A stretch of 32,000 nucleotides of DNA. Source: Nitratidesulfovibrio vulgaris str. Hildenborough. Lineage in GTDB: Bacteria; Desulfobacterota; Desulfovibrionia; Desulfovibrionales; Desulfovibrionaceae. A program made the position numbers and the translations under genes. How positions within the stretch are numbered: position 1 is the first letter of the stretch; each line of letters starts with the position of its first letter. The stretch is from positions 450,001-482,000 of the forward strand of contig NC_002937.3 in assembly GCF_000195755.1 (NCBI RefSeq), given 5' to 3'. Under the pieces are notes generated by a model, which was given only the letters and a program-made list of their open reading frames with translations, had not been told where the DNA came from and made no database searches. Positions 29,096 to 32,000 of the stretch are shown one piece after another.

Positions 29096-30541
29096 ATGAC
29101 CACGCTGCACTGGATACTGCTGCCCATCTCCTACGCGCCATCTGTGGTCGCTGCGCTGCATGCCCTGCTCACCAAGCGCGACCCGCGTTCGGCCCTCGGC
29201 TGGATTGCCGTGAGCCTCACGTTCCCATTGGCTGGCCCCTTCTTCTATTTCATCTTCGGCATCAACCGCGTCCATAGCCGTGCGGCCCAGCTTCTGGCAG
29301 CCACGGAGAACAGGAGGCGTCGTCAGGGTGAGAGGTTGCATGGAGGGCCGGAAGAGGACGACCCGCCGGGTACCGTTTCGGATACCTACATACCCCCACG
29401 GTTTCGCGCCCTGGCACGTGTCGGACGCATGGTCACCGGAAGACCCCTTGCGGGGGGCAATACCGTGCGTCCGCTGTATAATGGCGAAGACGCCTATCCC
29501 GCCATGGTCGAGGCCATCGACAAGGCCGAACACAGTGTCTTTCTCACCACGTACATCTTCGGTGGCCGGCGCATAGGCGAACAGTTCGTGGATTCCCTCG
29601 CCGATGCGGCTGAACGCGGGGTCGACGTCCGGGTCATCATCGACGGTGTGGGGGGACTCTATTCGTGGCCGAGGGCGTGGTCGCGCCTGAAGCGTCGCGG
29701 AGTGCGCGTCGAGAGATTCCTGCCGCCGCACCTGTTGCCACCGCAGCTTTCCGTGAACCTGCGCAACCACCGCAAGGTGCTGGTCTGCGACGGGCATGTC
29801 GGTTTCACGGGCGGCATGAACGTGGGTGACCATCACCTCATGGCCACCGACAATCCGCGCCGTGTGCAGGATGTGCATTTCCTGTTCACGGGCCCCATCG
29901 TGGCACAGTTGCAGGAGGTCTTCCTGCGTGACTGGGGTTTCCTCACGGGAGACTATGCCCTGACGGCCCCGGTTCACGATGAACCCTGTGGCGATTCGCT
30001 CTGTCGTACGGTGCTCGAAGGGCCGGGCGACCGCGCAGAACGTCTGCACGACCTGCTATGCGGCATCATCTCCAGCGCCTCGCGCTCGGTGCGCATCGTG
30101 ACCCCGTACTTCCTGCCGTCGCGTGAGATCATCAGCGCCCTGCGGGCAGCGGCCCTGCGCGGGGTCGATGTGCGCGTCATGCTGCCTGCCCGCAACAACC
30201 TTCCCTTCGTGCACTGGGCCACACGACACCTGCTGGAAAGCCTTGTGGACAGCGGGGTGCGCGTCTTCTACCAGCCGCCGCCCTTCTCGCATTCCAAGCT
30301 GTTGCTGGTCGACGGCTACTATGCGCAGGTCGGGTCGGCCAACATCGACACGCGCAGTCTGCGGCTCAACTTCGAATTGACGGTGGAGGTCTTCGACACC
30401 AGCGTCGTGCGGCAGTTGAACAGGCATTTCGACACGGTGCGGCGCATGAGCGAAGAGGTTCAGGCCAGTATGCTGGCCAGTAGACCCTTCGCCACGCGGG
30501 TGCGGGATGCCCTGTTCTGGCTCTTCTCTCCGTATCTGTGA
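29096..30541 (+). CDS. cls: Cardiolipin synthase (PLD superfamily, two HKD motifs)
   Basis: Two N-terminal TM helices. HKD motifs HRKVLVCDG and HSKLLLVDG. 481 aa, typical of ClsA. Confidence 0.88.
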   Translation: MTTLHWILLPISYAPSVVAALHALLTKRDPRSALGWIAVSLTFPLAGPFFYFIFGINRVHSRAAQLLAATENRRRRQGERLHGGPEEDDPPGTVSDTYIPPRFRALARVGRMVTGRPLAGGNTVRPLYNGEDAYPAMVEAIDKAEHSVFLTTYIFGGRRIGEQFVDSLADAAERGVDVRVIIDGVGGLYSWPRAWSRLKRRGVRVERFLPPHLLPPQLSVNLRNHRKVLVCDGHVGFTGGMNVGDHHLMATDNPRRVQDVHFLFTGPIVAQLQEVFLRDWGFLTGDYALTAPVHDEPCGDSLCRTVLEGPGDRAERLHDLLCGIISSASRSVRIVTPYFLPSREIISALRAAALRGVDVRVMLPARNNLPFVHWATRHLLESLVDSGVRVFYQPPPFSHSKLLLVDGYYAQVGSANIDTRSLRLNFELTVEVFDTSVVRQLNRHFDTVRRMSEEVQASMLASRPFATRVRDALFWLFSPYL

Positions 30542-30640
30542 GCAGACGGGGAGGCATGGGCGCATGGTGGCGATCCCTGTCCGGGACATGCCGGAAAATG
30601 CCATGAAATGACCTTGTCTGGCGGCATGTTGCGTCGGGGC

Positions 30641-30668
30641 TTGACAGCCTCTGCGCCGTGCGTATGTA
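30641..30668 (+). promoter_or_regulatory. Sigma-70-like promoter candidate (TTGACA-N16-TATGTA)
   Basis: Perfect -35 hexamer at 30641-46 and a 3/6 -10 hexamer at 30663-68. It is followed by a 7-bp hairpin GCGACAC-CTC-GTGTCGC (30678-30694) in the putative 5'UTR. Pattern match only. Confidence 0.3.
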
Positions 30669-30725
30669 GGGGGTCGCGCGACACCTCGTGTCGCAGACGT
30701 CAAGCCTGAAGAGGTATCCCCGCTG

Positions 30726-31616
30726 ATGCTTCGTTTCCCCTTGTTCCTTGCCATGCTCATGGTGCTGCTCCTGCCCGGAGACGCACTCGCCTGGGGGCCG
30801 GGTATCCACATGGCTACGGCCTCGTGGCTTCTCGACCATCTGCCCCTGCTGCCCGCCGCCCTCGCACAGGTGGTGGGGGCCCATCCCGCCGCCTTCCGCT
30901 ACGGTTCGCTTTCCGCCGATATCTTCATCGGCAAGGGGTGCAGGGTGAAGCCGGGGCACAGCCATAACTGGTCGACGGCGCACGCCCTGCTGGACGAAGC
31001 CGACACGCCCGAGTTGCGTGCCTATGCGGCGGGCTATCTCGCCCACCTCGCTGCGGACACCGTGGCCCATAACCACTACGTGCCCAACCTGCTGCCCGGC
31101 ACACCCGGCAGCGGCAAGTTCTCGCATGTCTACATCGAGATGCAGGCTGACAGGCTTGTGGAGTGGGACGGTGCCTCGTACAGGCTCTTCGATGCCATGT
31201 CCGAAGCCGATAGCGCCCTGTTGCGTGCCACGGACAAGGCCGCCTTGCCGTTCCGTCTCAAGAAGCAGCTGTTCCGCGGTAGCGTGGCGGTGGCGGGGCG
31301 TCAGTCGTTCCGGCGTTCCTTGCGCATCGTGCACAGGATGATGCCCCACGCTGCCGACCGTGCCTACCTCGGCATGATGCTCGACATCAGCGCGCGTGCC
31401 GTGGTGGACGTCTTGCGTGACCCCTACGGTTCCGCCGTGCTTGATATCGACCCCATAGGCAGCGAGGCCCTCGATACGGCCCGTACAGCCTGCCGGTGCG
31501 CCACGCCGCTGGCCTTCCTTACGGTCGACCGCGAACTGCGCTTTCCGCTGGACGCCCGTCTGGCGTCCCTTCCCGCCTCTGGCGTCCCCTCGGGCAAGTC
31601 TGCCCACGCAGCCTGA
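30726..31616 (+). CDS. Secreted zinc-dependent phospholipase C family protein (PF00882-like metal hydrolase)
   Basis: Signal peptide MLRFPLFLAMLMVLLLPGDALA followed by WGPGIH. His-rich motifs HSHNW and YLAHLAADTVAHNHYVP are characteristic of this family. Confidence 0.7.
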   Translation: MLRFPLFLAMLMVLLLPGDALAWGPGIHMATASWLLDHLPLLPAALAQVVGAHPAAFRYGSLSADIFIGKGCRVKPGHSHNWSTAHALLDEADTPELRAYAAGYLAHLAADTVAHNHYVPNLLPGTPGSGKFSHVYIEMQADRLVEWDGASYRLFDAMSEADSALLRATDKAALPFRLKKQLFRGSVAVAGRQSFRRSLRIVHRMMPHAADRAYLGMMLDISARAVVDVLRDPYGSAVLDIDPIGSEALDTARTACRCATPLAFLTVDRELRFPLDARLASLPASGVPSGKSAHAA

Positions 31617-31644
31617 ATCCTGCCTGAGTCCTGCCCGCGTCCTG
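31612..31644. repeat. Three tandem 11-nt units CCTGAATCCTG / CCTGAGTCCTG / CCCGCGTCCTG
   Basis: Read directly from the sequence. The first unit overlaps the stop codon of the preceding gene. Confidence 0.6.
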
Positions 31645-31823
31645 TTGCGGCTGATGGTGGATGCCTGTCGCCTTGCACCGGGCAGGGGCGTTGTCCTCTG
31701 CCGTCTGTCAGGCTGTCCTGCATAGGCGGTCTGCGCTGCGCGTCTCTTGCCCCGTCAGCGGCAGATGCTCTTCGCCTCGCCCCGTCGGTTCCAGCGTCGT
31801 TTGCAAGACCCTGCCGATGCAGG

Positions 31824-32000
31824 TCAGAGCAACGCGGAAAGCACCGAGATGGCAGCCGCCCCTATCACGACGATGCCGGGGTCGACCTTGCGCCACAGCG
31901 CCACGAAACCTCCTATGGCAAGGAGCGCCGGGAGTGGTTCGGGAGGCAGTGAGCGGACCACGGCGACCACCAGTGAGAACAGAAGCCCCGAAAGGGCGGC
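31824..32000 (-). CDS. 3' end (58 codons plus stop) of a membrane protein, possibly chromate-transporter (ChrA) family; the 5' part lies beyond the window
   Basis: The minus-strand frame is open from the window edge and reads ...AALSGLLFSLVVAVVRSLPPEPLPALLAIGGFVALWRKVDPGIVVIGAAAISVLSALL*, ending at the TGA (31826-31824). It is absent from the ORF track because it has no start codon in the window. The family guess is weak. Confidence 0.45.
   Translation of the reverse strand, partial: AALSGLLFSLVVAVVRSLPPEPLPALLAIGGFVALWRKVDPGIVVIGAAAISVLSALL

Overview
High-GC, gene-dense chromosomal core region of a Desulfovibrio-type sulfate reducer. The DsrA/DsrB/DsrD strings match what I recall for Desulfovibrio vulgaris; that is recollection, not a search. 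Left to right: the 3' part of dsrA, dsrB, dsrD and a CobB/CbiA-like amidase in the DsrN position; an EamA transporter; RlpA; a REC-PAS-GGDEF-EAL protein. A minus-strand block follows (trkH, trkA, a GT9 glycosyltransferase with a His-rich octapeptide repeat), then a near-consensus sigma-54 promoter driving two small uncharacterised genes. Next come a short malic enzyme and pepA; a membrane GGDEF cyclase; a polyamine cluster (speA, carboxy(nor)spermidine dehydrogenase, nspC, a small ORF, speB); a large multi-PAS GGDEF-EAL protein; usp; cls; a secreted Zn-phospholipase-C-family protein; and the 3' end of a ChrA-like membrane protein. I recognised no rRNA, tRNA, CRISPR array, transposase or integrase. 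Most long ORFs antisense to these genes are GC-driven shadow ORFs. The best lead is the 390-nt ORF at 23567-23956 between nspC and speB. It has a strong RBS and one in-frame TGA (23726) in a C-G-[TGA]-A-G-C context. A 12-bp bulged GC-rich hairpin starts on the next nucleotide, and the same frame stays open with coding-like codon usage to 23956. These are the hallmarks of a bacterial selenocysteine (Sec) gene that standard ORF calling splits or misses. All start-codon refinements are from RBS and neighbour spacing read by eye.
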